Assembly (NCBI GenBank): GCA_038108555.1
Contig: JAYNIA010000031.1
Location: 1-30,869, forward strand
Direction of reading: 5' to 3'
Origin: Nitrospinota bacterium
Lineage (GTDB): Bacteria > Nitrospinota > Nitrospinia > Nitrospinales > VA-1
Length of the DNA: 30,869 nt
Shown here: positions 1 through 7,749 of the stretch, piece after piece
Numbering within the stretch: the first letter of the stretch is position 1
How the letters are laid out: the number at the start of each line of letters is the position of its first letter
Translations under genes and position numbers: made by a program
Notes under the pieces: model-generated
Seen by the model: the letters and a program-made list of their open reading frames with translations, nothing else
Database searches by the model: none
What the model was told of the DNA's origin: nothing

Positions 1-1035
1 GCGTTGTTTTCGGAGAATATTGACGAAGGGGTTTATGACAACCTGATTGAATCGGTTCACCAGAATTTCAAACCTCTTTATAAATATTTTGATTTGAGGA
101 AGAAACTGTTAAACCTCGATGAATTGCATGTCTACGATTGCAGTGTTCCTCTGGTCAAAAATATTAAATGGCATATGCCTTATGAAGAAGCCGTTGAAAA
201 AATTAAAACTGCATTGAAGCCATTAGGGGATGAGTATGTTGAGTTAATGGGTAATGGGCTATTGCAGGACCGCTGGACGGACCGTTATGAAAATAAAGGG
301 AAGAGAAGCGGTGCTTATTCATCCGGCTGTTACGACTCAAATCCTTTTATTCTCATGAACTACACTGAAGATAATATTAACAGTGTGTACACCCTGGCTC
401 ATGAAGCGGGTCATTCCATGCATTCCCTATTCTCAAGAAAAAACCAGCCCTACTTATATTCCGATTACACGATTTTTGTTGCCGAAGTGGCATCGACTTT
501 TAATGAATCTTTGCTGACAAGGTTTTTTCTTTCCCAGGAAATTGAGCGGGAAATGCGTATTTACCTGCTTTGCCGTGAAATTGATAATTTCCGTGGTACT
601 TTGTACCGGCAAACTATGTTTGCAGAATTCGAGCATAAAGTGTATAAGGCGGCAGAGGAAAACCAGCCTCTCACCATCGAAACCTTTCAGGAAATTTATA
701 AAAGTTTGCTGGAACTCTATTTCGGTCCGGGTCTGGTTTTGGATGATTGTCTCTCCCTGGAGTGTTTCAGGATTCCCCATTTTTACTTCAGCTTTTATGT
801 TTATAAATACGCAACGGGAATTTCTGCAGCTTATGCGTTGGCGGAACGGGTACTTTCGGGAGGCGAAAAAGAATTAAATGACTACCTTGATTTTCTTAAA
901 TCCGGTGGGTCTAAATATCCCATCGATTTATTAAAAGGTGCCGGTGTAGATATGAACTCCCCCGAACCTGTAAATACGGCCCTTTCAAAATTTTCAGCAT
1001 TGGTGGATGAGCTGGAAAGCTTGACTCTGAATTAA
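1..1035 (+). CDS. pepF: Oligoendopeptidase F (M3B metallopeptidase), 5' end outside the window
   Basis: Zn motif HEAGHSMH, upstream KGKRSGAYS, third ligand in IFVAEVAST, C-terminal RIPHFY..FYVYKYATG. The frame is open from the window edge. Confidence 0.93.
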   Translation, partial: ALFSENIDEGVYDNLIESVHQNFKPLYKYFDLRKKLLNLDELHVYDCSVPLVKNIKWHMPYEEAVEKIKTALKPLGDEYVELMGNGLLQDRWTDRYENKGKRSGAYSSGCYDSNPFILMNYTEDNINSVYTLAHEAGHSMHSLFSRKNQPYLYSDYTIFVAEVASTFNESLLTRFFLSQEIEREMRIYLLCREIDNFRGTLYRQTMFAEFEHKVYKAAEENQPLTIETFQEIYKSLLELYFGPGLVLDDCLSLECFRIPHFYFSFYVYKYATGISAAYALAERVLSGGEKELNDYLDFLKSGGSKYPIDLLKGAGVDMNSPEPVNTALSKFSALVDELESLTLN

Positions 1036-1069
1036 AAATTAGGAACTATAAAAGAAGGAAGTATTTAAA

Positions 1070-1123
1070 ATGCATAACATCCCGCATATACCCCCAATCT
1101 TATATAAAGGAAAACCGTTTTGA
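1070..1123 (+). CDS. Possible 17-aa Pro-rich leader peptide/uORF (MHNIPHIPPILYKGKPF)
   Basis: ATG at 1070 preceded by purine-rich AAGGAAG (1055-1061). Its TGA (1121-1123) overlaps the TTG start (1120-1122) of the next gene. Confidence 0.3.
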   Translation: MHNIPHIPPILYKGKPF

Positions 1124-1899
1124 GAAAAACAGGACAACCACAAAAAAACGGCGGAAATAGGCAGAGACGGAATTCCGGCAACCGTCAGGAAAATTCTTCC
1201 CACAAAAAACAAAATCAAAATTCAGGAAACTCAGCTTCGGGCAACTCAAGAAATTCGGGTTCCAGGAAAAAAGCCCTCCATCCCTGGGTGGCTTCCAATC
1301 AGGCTTCCTCACAAGCACTGACTTCCCATATTTCGATGGTCAACAAAAACCAGTCGGGAGGAAATGGGAACAATCGAAATAAACCGCAGGGACAAAAAAG
1401 GAGGAATCCATCCAGACAGCAAAGGGAAAATGGAAATAATGGTGGATCACGACCCAAAAACCATTTTGACCGGAAGCATAACGACAATCGGAAACCTTCC
1501 AATGCAAACCAACCTGCCGAAACTCGCTCAGGCGCGACCAATAAATTAGTGGGTGATCTGGATGCGTTTACATTATTTTGTGCTTACCATTTGGGAATCG
1601 GTCCCAACAAGGAATACAAACCCTCTAACATAAACGAAATTGCGAGGCGCTTCGGTCAGGATCAGGGCGTCGTGAAGCAGGCATTGAAAGAGTGTAATAT
1701 GGACTCCGCATCCCTTCTGGATAAGGATTTCGATATGGCTCTTGCGCAACTGGACATCCAGGTGGCTCCTGAGGGAATAGATAAAATGGAGCTGGCCAAA
1801 TCCATCTACGAAGATTTTTTAGAAGCCCCCAGTGTTAAACGGGATTGGAAAAAAATAATCGAAGAAGACCGAAAAGAAAATCGAAAAGTTTTTGGTTAA
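1120..1899 (+). CDS. Hypothetical protein: about 140-aa low-complexity N/Q/R/K/S/G-rich N-terminus plus a small globular C-terminal domain with an HTH-like segment
   Basis: TTG start with AAAGGA SD at 1106-1111. The N-terminus is nearly free of hydrophobic residues. The C-terminal DAFTLFCAYHLG...NINEIARRFG...FDMALAQLDIQVAPEG looks folded. Confidence 0.8.
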   Translation: MRKTGQPQKNGGNRQRRNSGNRQENSSHKKQNQNSGNSASGNSRNSGSRKKALHPWVASNQASSQALTSHISMVNKNQSGGNGNNRNKPQGQKRRNPSRQQRENGNNGGSRPKNHFDRKHNDNRKPSNANQPAETRSGATNKLVGDLDAFTLFCAYHLGIGPNKEYKPSNINEIARRFGQDQGVVKQALKECNMDSASLLDKDFDMALAQLDIQVAPEGIDKMELAKSIYEDFLEAPSVKRDWKKIIEEDRKENRKVFG

Positions 1900-1924
1900 T
1901 CCTGGCTGCTGCAAAATTCCAGTG

Positions 1925-3457
1925 TCAAGGTTTTGAAGATTCCGTTTCCAACCGTTGAGACCGGTCATTGGTCAAAACACTTCCCGTAGGGACCCGTCGA
2001 AAGTTTAATCCTTTTTGGATAATTTGATCCTGAATTCTCTGTGCTCTCCCATTTGAGCATTTCAAATCGTTCATCAAAATTGAAAAGGCGAATAGCTCCC
2101 CTTCTTTCGATTCAAAAAACCCAGATAAGGAACTGACAAAATTCAAAGTTCCTGTTTTGACTCTTGCCCGGCTGGAGGTTTCAACTCTTCTCATTCGGTT
2201 TTTTACATTTCCATCCACCCCCATGACACCCAGAGCAGAAACAAACTCGGGATAAATGCTTAAGTCATTTTTTACATTCCTTAAAATATCTACCAGAATT
2301 GAAGGCGAAAGCCGGTTTTGCCGGGAAAGGCCAGACCCATCAAAAATCCGGTATTGGTCGGGTTGATACCCCAGTTGTTTCAAATACTCTTCAAAAACCT
2401 GAAGTCCTTTTTTTGTCGAACCGGGTGGCTCAAAAAATTCGGCACCAACCGTTTTCAAAATTTGTTCTGCGACAAAATTATTGCTGAATTTATTCAGTCC
2501 ACGCAGGGCCAGCGCAAGAGGTTCGCTTTCGTGGTTATAAAGTTTCACAGCATTTCCAGGGACAAATCCTTTCTGCAGCTTTCCACCAAATTTGATTCCT
2601 GAAAGTTTGATATAGGATTTAAAGACGCTGAGTGCGTAATGGGTGGGATCCGTGATATTTAAAAAATATTGTGCGCGAGGTCGGCCCAGATTGATTCCAC
2701 CGGAAATCGTTATCAGGTCATGGTCTTCTTTATCTATTCTGTTTACAATTAGCCGATTGCGTCTCCCTGGTTTTAGGGTTCGGGCATTATTTTCCAGTTT
2801 GATGTAATCGGTGTCCGGCTCAATGACTATTTTGGGTCTGTTGCCTATTTTTTTCCCCGGACTCACATAGACTTTTACGGTATTAAAGTTAAAAGATAGT
2901 GCCCCCAGGGGTGCTTCGTAGGCCTGCGCTCCGGGATTTTTTATCCAGGTTTTTACGCGTTTCTTTTTATCAAAGAAAGAATCATCGCCAATAATATTCC
3001 CGGTGATTTTTTTTATAGGAAGATTCTTTAATTCATTTACCAATAACCATAATTGTTCGGTAACCAGTTTGGGGTCACCGGAACCTTTTATATATAGATT
3101 TCCTTTAAGAACTTCGTTTTCCAGAACGCCATCTGTATAAATTTCTGTGTGAAACCTGAAATTAGAACCAAGATATTTTAAGGCGGTTGCCGTGGTGATG
3201 ATTTTTGCATTGGAGGCGGGAATGAATAACTGATTGCTGCGAACTTCATACAAAGTTTCTCCCCGGTCCAGCGAATAGATTTTTATGCCGTAATTATTTT
3301 TTCGGAGACAGGAGTTTTCAAGTATGCCCTTGACAGACTTTCGGAAGGAACTTACGCCTACTTCATCAACCTGAGCAAAAGAAAGGGTTGGTATTATAAA
3401 AAGCAGGCTGGTTAGAAGGTAGAATAAGGGTTGGGTGATGGAAACATGTTTAGTCAT
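1925..3457 (-). CDS. dacB: D-alanyl-D-alanine carboxypeptidase/endopeptidase (PBP4, peptidase S13)
   Basis: SxxK (PASNAK), SxN (KFSNN), KTG (VKTGTL), GSGDP and DGSGLSR motifs. Start moved to ATG 3457 (MTKHVSITQPLFYLL..., signal peptide) from 3538. Confidence 0.92.
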   Translation of the reverse strand: MTKHVSITQPLFYLLTSLLFIIPTLSFAQVDEVGVSSFRKSVKGILENSCLRKNNYGIKIYSLDRGETLYEVRSNQLFIPASNAKIITTATALKYLGSNFRFHTEIYTDGVLENEVLKGNLYIKGSGDPKLVTEQLWLLVNELKNLPIKKITGNIIGDDSFFDKKKRVKTWIKNPGAQAYEAPLGALSFNFNTVKVYVSPGKKIGNRPKIVIEPDTDYIKLENNARTLKPGRRNRLIVNRIDKEDHDLITISGGINLGRPRAQYFLNITDPTHYALSVFKSYIKLSGIKFGGKLQKGFVPGNAVKLYNHESEPLALALRGLNKFSNNFVAEQILKTVGAEFFEPPGSTKKGLQVFEEYLKQLGYQPDQYRIFDGSGLSRQNRLSPSILVDILRNVKNDLSIYPEFVSALGVMGVDGNVKNRMRRVETSSRARVKTGTLNFVSSLSGFFESKEGELFAFSILMNDLKCSNGRAQRIQDQIIQKGLNFRRVPTGSVLTNDRSQRLETESSKP

Positions 3458-3465
3458 TGTTGAAA

Positions 3466-3494
3466 ATTTTACTCTGTAAAAATAAAATTTACAA
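3466..3494 (-). promoter_or_regulatory. Putative sigma70 promoter of dacB (TTGTAA-N17-TAAAAT), near-leaderless
   Basis: Minus strand: -35 TTGTAA (3494-3489), 17-nt spacer, -10 TAAAAT (3471-3466), then 8 nt to the ATG. No SD. Confidence 0.55.
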
Positions 3495-3566
3495 TTGACA
3501 ATTGAGTCGGGATTAGGGAATCTATGTTCCAGTCCCACTTCCCTTTATTAATTAAGGAATCCCGCC

Positions 3567-4091
3567 ATGATCAAATTTACACATATTAAATACGGTGTGC
3601 TTGTTGCAATTATTGCCATTCTTTATGGAGGATTGATGGGGTTATCCTTTGGCTGTTGTGAAGAAAGTATTAAAAGGACTTTGAACAGCAGCGCGTAAGA
3701 GGCATTGGCAACAAAGTACAATGGTGATCAAGTCAAAGCGGATAAAATTGTTAAAAAATCCTGGGTCTATATGAAACGGGCTCATTTGCATTCGCAGACC
3801 ATGGGCGTCATCAGCATTGCATTTTCTTTTCTGGTCGCATGGCTTGCATACCCGGCAAAAGCCCAACTGGCAATTTCCCTGTTTAGTGGGTTTGGGTCCC
3901 TGGGTTACGGATTGTTTTGGATGTTTTCCGGTTTCATGGCTCCGGGAATGGGGTCTACAGGTGCCGCAAAAGAATCTGTCGGTTTGATTGCCCAGGCATC
4001 CGGGGGCGCTTTCTTTATTTCAGGTTTATTATTATTTGGCATTCTTATTTACAGGATGTTTGTGGTCAAAAACATAACAGAAAATAATTAA
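3567..4091 (+). pseudogene. Small integral membrane protein (about 174 aa, about 4 TM, KRAHLH motif) interrupted by a single in-frame TAA at 3696-3698
   Basis: ATG 3567 with AAGGA SD reads MIKFTHIKYGVLVAIIAILYGGLMGLSFGCCEESIKRTLNSSA*EALATKYNGDQ..., in frame with ORF-track ORF 3705..4091. Confidence 0.75.
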
Positions 4092-4095
4092 TACT

Positions 4096-5115
4096 ATGAA
4101 TTATGATTTGATAGGAATTGGTAACGCCCTGGTTGATATCGAAGTTCAGGTCGATGACGCCTTCATAGAAAAAGTTTTTGTGACCAAAGGCGGAATGACT
4201 TTATCTTCGGTTGAAGATCAAACTAATATTCTGAATTCTCTGGATTCCAAACCCAAGAAAATTTCTTCGGGAGGTTCTGCTGCAAATACCATCCATGGAG
4301 CCAGTGTTTTGGGCGCAAAATCCTATTACCTGGGTCGCGTTGCCAATGATGCCTATGGAAAACATTATACGGATGATATGAAAACATGTGGTGTGGGATT
4401 TAGTGGTCCCGGAGCCGATGACGAGGGGACGGGAACCTGTGTCATTCTTATTACTCCAGATACCGAAAGAACGATGTTGACTCACCTTGGGGTTTCCTCT
4501 TCCCTGCATCCTGAAAATGTGGATGAAACCATCGTCAGAAATGCAAAGGGTGTTTATGTGGAAGGTTATTTATGGACCGGGGATGAAACCCGTAAAGCGG
4601 GGTTGCACATGGCAGAAATTGCGAAGAAGGAAGGAATCCCTGTTTCTTTCACGTTGAGTGACGCATTTGTGGTCAACTCCTATAAGGAGAGCCTCGTGGA
4701 TTTTATTCAATGGAATGTGGATATTCTTTTTTGCAACGAAGTTGAAGCGCAGGCAATGACCGGGGAAGCGGATTCCATTTCAGCTTTTAAAAAATTACAG
4801 GCAATGGTGGATACGGTTTTTCTAACACTCGGATCAAAAGGCTCTCTTGCCGGGAAGGACGGTCAGGAACCGGTACAGGTTAAAACCTTTCCTGTTACAG
4901 CAGTAGATACCACAGGTGCGGGCGACCTTTTTGCTGCAGGTGCCCTTTATGGGATATTGAAAGACTACTCCCTGGAAGAGTCTGCAATCATGGGTTCCTA
5001 TTGTGCCGCCCAGGTGGTTTCCCATATGGGGGGACGGCTTCCGGTTCACTCCCATACAGATGCTGAAAAAATTCTATCGGAATATAAAAAACTCTACTCC
5101 AATGGAGGAGCATAA
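4096..5115 (+). CDS. PfkB/ribokinase-family kinase, adenosine-kinase-like
   Basis: N-terminal GIGNALVD, SGGSAANT, ERTMLTHLG, NEVEA and the PfkB signature VDTTGAGDLFAAG. Confidence 0.88.
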   Translation: MNYDLIGIGNALVDIEVQVDDAFIEKVFVTKGGMTLSSVEDQTNILNSLDSKPKKISSGGSAANTIHGASVLGAKSYYLGRVANDAYGKHYTDDMKTCGVGFSGPGADDEGTGTCVILITPDTERTMLTHLGVSSSLHPENVDETIVRNAKGVYVEGYLWTGDETRKAGLHMAEIAKKEGIPVSFTLSDAFVVNSYKESLVDFIQWNVDILFCNEVEAQAMTGEADSISAFKKLQAMVDTVFLTLGSKGSLAGKDGQEPVQVKTFPVTAVDTTGAGDLFAAGALYGILKDYSLEESAIMGSYCAAQVVSHMGGRLPVHSHTDAEKILSEYKKLYSNGGA

Positions 5116-5420
5116 TGAAAAAGATTCCTTTTTTCCTGTTAGCGGTTTTATTGTTTCCGGTTTGGCTTGGTTGTGCGTCAGTGGGTAAGGATTTTGATAG
5201 CGAAAAAGTCAAAGATATAAAAAATAATGTGACAACACAGCTGGAAATTGTCGACTGGTTTGGCGTGCCTTTCAAGGAAGGTCATGAAAATGGATACGTT
5301 ATGTGGACGTATCAACTGGACAAATGGAAAGCTGTGGGTGAAATGGAGTCGAAAGGACTGGTGATTCTTTTCGATGACAAAAATATTGTCAAAGCCTATC
5401 GCTACGAATCCAACTACTAA
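5115..5420 (+). CDS. Small lipoprotein, BamE/SmpA-like fold
   Basis: Lipoprotein signal ending WLG-C. The pattern TT..EI...FG.P...W.Y...L.I.FD...V is typical of SmpA/OmlA-like proteins. TAATG overlap with the upstream stop and GGAG SD. Confidence 0.7.
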   Translation: MKKIPFFLLAVLLFPVWLGCASVGKDFDSEKVKDIKNNVTTQLEIVDWFGVPFKEGHENGYVMWTYQLDKWKAVGEMESKGLVILFDDKNIVKAYRYESNY

Positions 5421-5546
5421 CTCCTCGGCGGATGGCCAACTAATCAGCGCACCGTCGTTGGTGATGGGGCAACGCCCGGTGGAAAAATGGGGAAATTTTC
5501 TTGGGTCGAATAAATTCTATGTTCTCTAAAGTGAAATTTTTCCAGT

Positions 5547-5566
5547 TGCCTCCGGCGGCAAGCCGG
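5547..5566 (+). repeat. GC-rich REP-like palindromic unit TGCCTCCGGCGGC-AA-GCCGG (copy 1)
   Basis: The 13-mer TGCCTCCGGCGGC recurs exactly as a reverse complement at 21531-21543. Both copies carry a CCGGC/GCCGG stem. Confidence 0.55.
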
Positions 5567-5570
5567 TAAA

Positions 5571-6215
5571 ATGCGAAGCATTTCTCTCATTGTCTACGAC
5601 TTCGATGGAACCCTGGTAGACACTCTTTTCGATATCGCCGATTCGGTTAACCTTGTCTTGAAGGATCTTAATCTACCCCAATTGCCACGGGAAACTATTC
5701 GTAAATATGTAGGCAAGGGCGTTGAAAATTTGATGAAGCAAACACTGGCAGGGTCTACTTTCACAGATATCCCGCAAGCGGTATCCCTTTTCAAAAAACA
5801 TTACTCGCAAAACCTGGTCCACCACACCGACTTTTATCCGCACGGCAGGGAGATACTGAAACATTTTAATAATAAAAAGCAGGCCATCTGTTCTAACAAG
5901 CCCGAAGGATTTGTGAAGCAGATTCTGGAGTCCCTGAATGGATTGAATTATTTCGATGCCATCATTGGTGGCGACACGGTGAGTACAAAAAAGCCCGATC
6001 CGGAAGGATTAAATTCGATAATGCAGCAACTTAATGTTTCGGCCGAAGAGACTGTACTCATTGGCGACAGTCCGGTGGATATCGAAACCGGGAAGAGGGC
6101 CGGGGTTTACACCTGTGTGGTCAATTTTGGTCTGGGGTTCCCCGATGAAATCGCCGCCGCCGGTCCTGACTGCTCTATTGATTGCCTTTCTGAACTGAAA
6201 GATGTTTTCTGCTAA
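5571..6215 (+). CDS. HAD-superfamily hydrolase, phosphoglycolate-phosphatase (Gph)-like
   Basis: Motif I YDFDGTLVD, motif II SNK, motif III KKPDP, motif IV IGDSPVDIETG. Confidence 0.85.
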   Translation: MRSISLIVYDFDGTLVDTLFDIADSVNLVLKDLNLPQLPRETIRKYVGKGVENLMKQTLAGSTFTDIPQAVSLFKKHYSQNLVHHTDFYPHGREILKHFNNKKQAICSNKPEGFVKQILESLNGLNYFDAIIGGDTVSTKKPDPEGLNSIMQQLNVSAEETVLIGDSPVDIETGKRAGVYTCVVNFGLGFPDEIAAAGPDCSIDCLSELKDVFC

Positions 6216-6273
6216 AAGAACTATTTCAAGGATTTAGGTTGAAAACCATATTATCCCTCCTGGCGGTAGCTAG

Positions 6274-6302
6274 TTGACTTTAGGGCAGCTTGTTCCTAAA
6301 AT
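6274..6302 (+). promoter_or_regulatory. Putative sigma70 promoter of mpl (TTGACT-N17-TAAAAT)
   Basis: TTGACT 6274-6279, 17-nt spacer, TAAAAT 6297-6302, then 11 nt to ATG 6314. Confidence 0.65.
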
Positions 6303-6313
6303 GCCCCCTTCCT

Positions 6314-7717
6314 ATGGAACCCAAAGACATTAAAAACATTTATCTTATAGCGATCTGTGGCACGGGCATGGCAGCCCTGGCGGGGTTACTCAAAAAATCC
6401 GGTTATCGTGTGACCGGGTCGGATGCCAACATCTATCCCCCGATGAGCACGTTGCTCAACGATGCGGGTATCGAAATTTTTCCCAGATATAAAAAGGAAA
6501 ACATTTCCAAAGATATCGATCTGGTCATTGTAGGAAACGCGGTTTCCAAAACCAATGAAGAAGTGCAGGCGGTTTTGGATGCGGGGATTTCCTATACCTC
6601 TTTTCCTGCTGCTTTGTCCCAATTTTTTCTGGAAGGAAGAAAATCCCTGGTTGTTACAGGGACCCATGGCAAGACGACCACGACCTCTTTATTAAGTTGG
6701 GTTTTGGAATCCTCAGGCAAGAAGCCGGGGTTCATGGTCGGAGGCTGGTTGAAAAATTTTGATACTAATCATCAGGTTCCAAAGGGAGAGTTTTTTGTGA
6801 CGGAAGGGGATGAATATGACAGCGCTTTTTTTGATAAAGGCCCCAAGTTCCTCCATTACCGTCCCGATGCTTCTATCCTTACGGGCATTGAATTTGATCA
6901 CGCGGATATTTTCAACGACCTGGATCAAATCAAAAAAGTTTTCAGAGAGTATATCTCGTTAATTAAACCCGAAGGGGTCATCCTGATTAGATATGGTGAC
7001 AAAAATATACAGGATGTAATCGATTCGGCCTCCTGCAAAGTGGAAACTTATGGATTCGAGGAAGGGGCTGATTGGCGTGTTGAAAGTTATCGATTTGAAA
7101 ACGGATGCGGCCATTTTTCATTGTCCTATAAAAACCAACCTCAGGGTGATTTCCAATTGGCCATGATGGGTCGCCACAATGTGGAAAATGCGGCAGCGGT
7201 TGCAGGACTTTGTTTCAATCAGGGCTTGACAGCAGATGAAATTAATAAAGGGTTCCAAACTTTTAAGGGAATCAAACGTCGGCAAGAAATTGTGGGTGAG
7301 AATAAAGGTGTCACTGTTATTGACGATTTTGCTCATCATCCCACAGCCATTGATTTAACTATCGATGCAGTGAAAAAGGCTTTTCCCGATCAGCGGATTT
7401 GGGCGGTTTTTGAGCCCCGGTCTGCCACTTCACGCAGGAAGGTGTTTGAAGAATCCTTTCCAAAAAGTTTTTTAAAAGCCGACCGGGTGGTATTTGCCGG
7501 ACTGTTTGCCCCTGAAAAAATAAAGCCGGAAGAGCGTCTGGATGCAGAAGGGGTGGTGGCATCTATTAGGGATTTGGGAGGAATAGCTGACTATATTCCG
7601 CAAGTAGATGATATAGTAGAACATATAGTAAAAAACTCTAATGCAGGTGATGTGATTCTGGTCATGTCTTCGGGAGGCTTCGGAGGCATTCACCAAAAAA
7701 TACTCGAAAGCTTATAG
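6314..7717 (+). CDS. mpl: UDP-N-acetylmuramate:L-alanyl-gamma-D-glutamyl-meso-diaminopimelate ligase (murein peptide ligase)
   Basis: ICGTGM Rossmann motif, P-loop GTHGKTTT, Mpl-typical EGDEYDSAFFDKGPKFLHY, DDFAHHPTAI, EPRS and MSSGGFGG. Start taken at ATG 6314. Confidence 0.9.
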   Translation: MEPKDIKNIYLIAICGTGMAALAGLLKKSGYRVTGSDANIYPPMSTLLNDAGIEIFPRYKKENISKDIDLVIVGNAVSKTNEEVQAVLDAGISYTSFPAALSQFFLEGRKSLVVTGTHGKTTTTSLLSWVLESSGKKPGFMVGGWLKNFDTNHQVPKGEFFVTEGDEYDSAFFDKGPKFLHYRPDASILTGIEFDHADIFNDLDQIKKVFREYISLIKPEGVILIRYGDKNIQDVIDSASCKVETYGFEEGADWRVESYRFENGCGHFSLSYKNQPQGDFQLAMMGRHNVENAAAVAGLCFNQGLTADEINKGFQTFKGIKRRQEIVGENKGVTVIDDFAHHPTAIDLTIDAVKKAFPDQRIWAVFEPRSATSRRKVFEESFPKSFLKADRVVFAGLFAPEKIKPEERLDAEGVVASIRDLGGIADYIPQVDDIVEHIVKNSNAGDVILVMSSGGFGGIHQKILESL

Positions 7718-7749
7718 GGTTGGATCTTAATGATCTGCCCGGGTGCGCA

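Noticed and set aside
3491..3528. TTGACA at 3495-3500 within an ACAATTG tandem repeat, as promoter or operator for the 3567 gene
   Set aside because: No TAnnnT at 16-18 nt spacing, and the two-copy repeat is too short to support a call.
3458..3538. ORF-track N-terminal extension of dacB (MGLEHRF...)
   Set aside because: It would bury the signal peptide and overlaps the predicted promoter. ATG 3457 is the better start.
3696..3698. Selenocysteine/pyrrolysine or stop-codon reassignment
   Set aside because: The codon is TAA, not TGA or TAG, and TAA terminates many genuine genes in this window.
5460..5530. Fluoride riboswitch upstream of the HAD gene (GGTGATGGGG...CGCC resembles its 5' part)
   Set aside because: The conserved 3' CUrAUGrC pseudoknot strand is missing and the first stem-loop does not fit the consensus.
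6290..6313. TTG start for mpl at 6290
   Set aside because: It lies inside the predicted promoter spacer. ATG 6314 gives a typical Mpl N-terminus.
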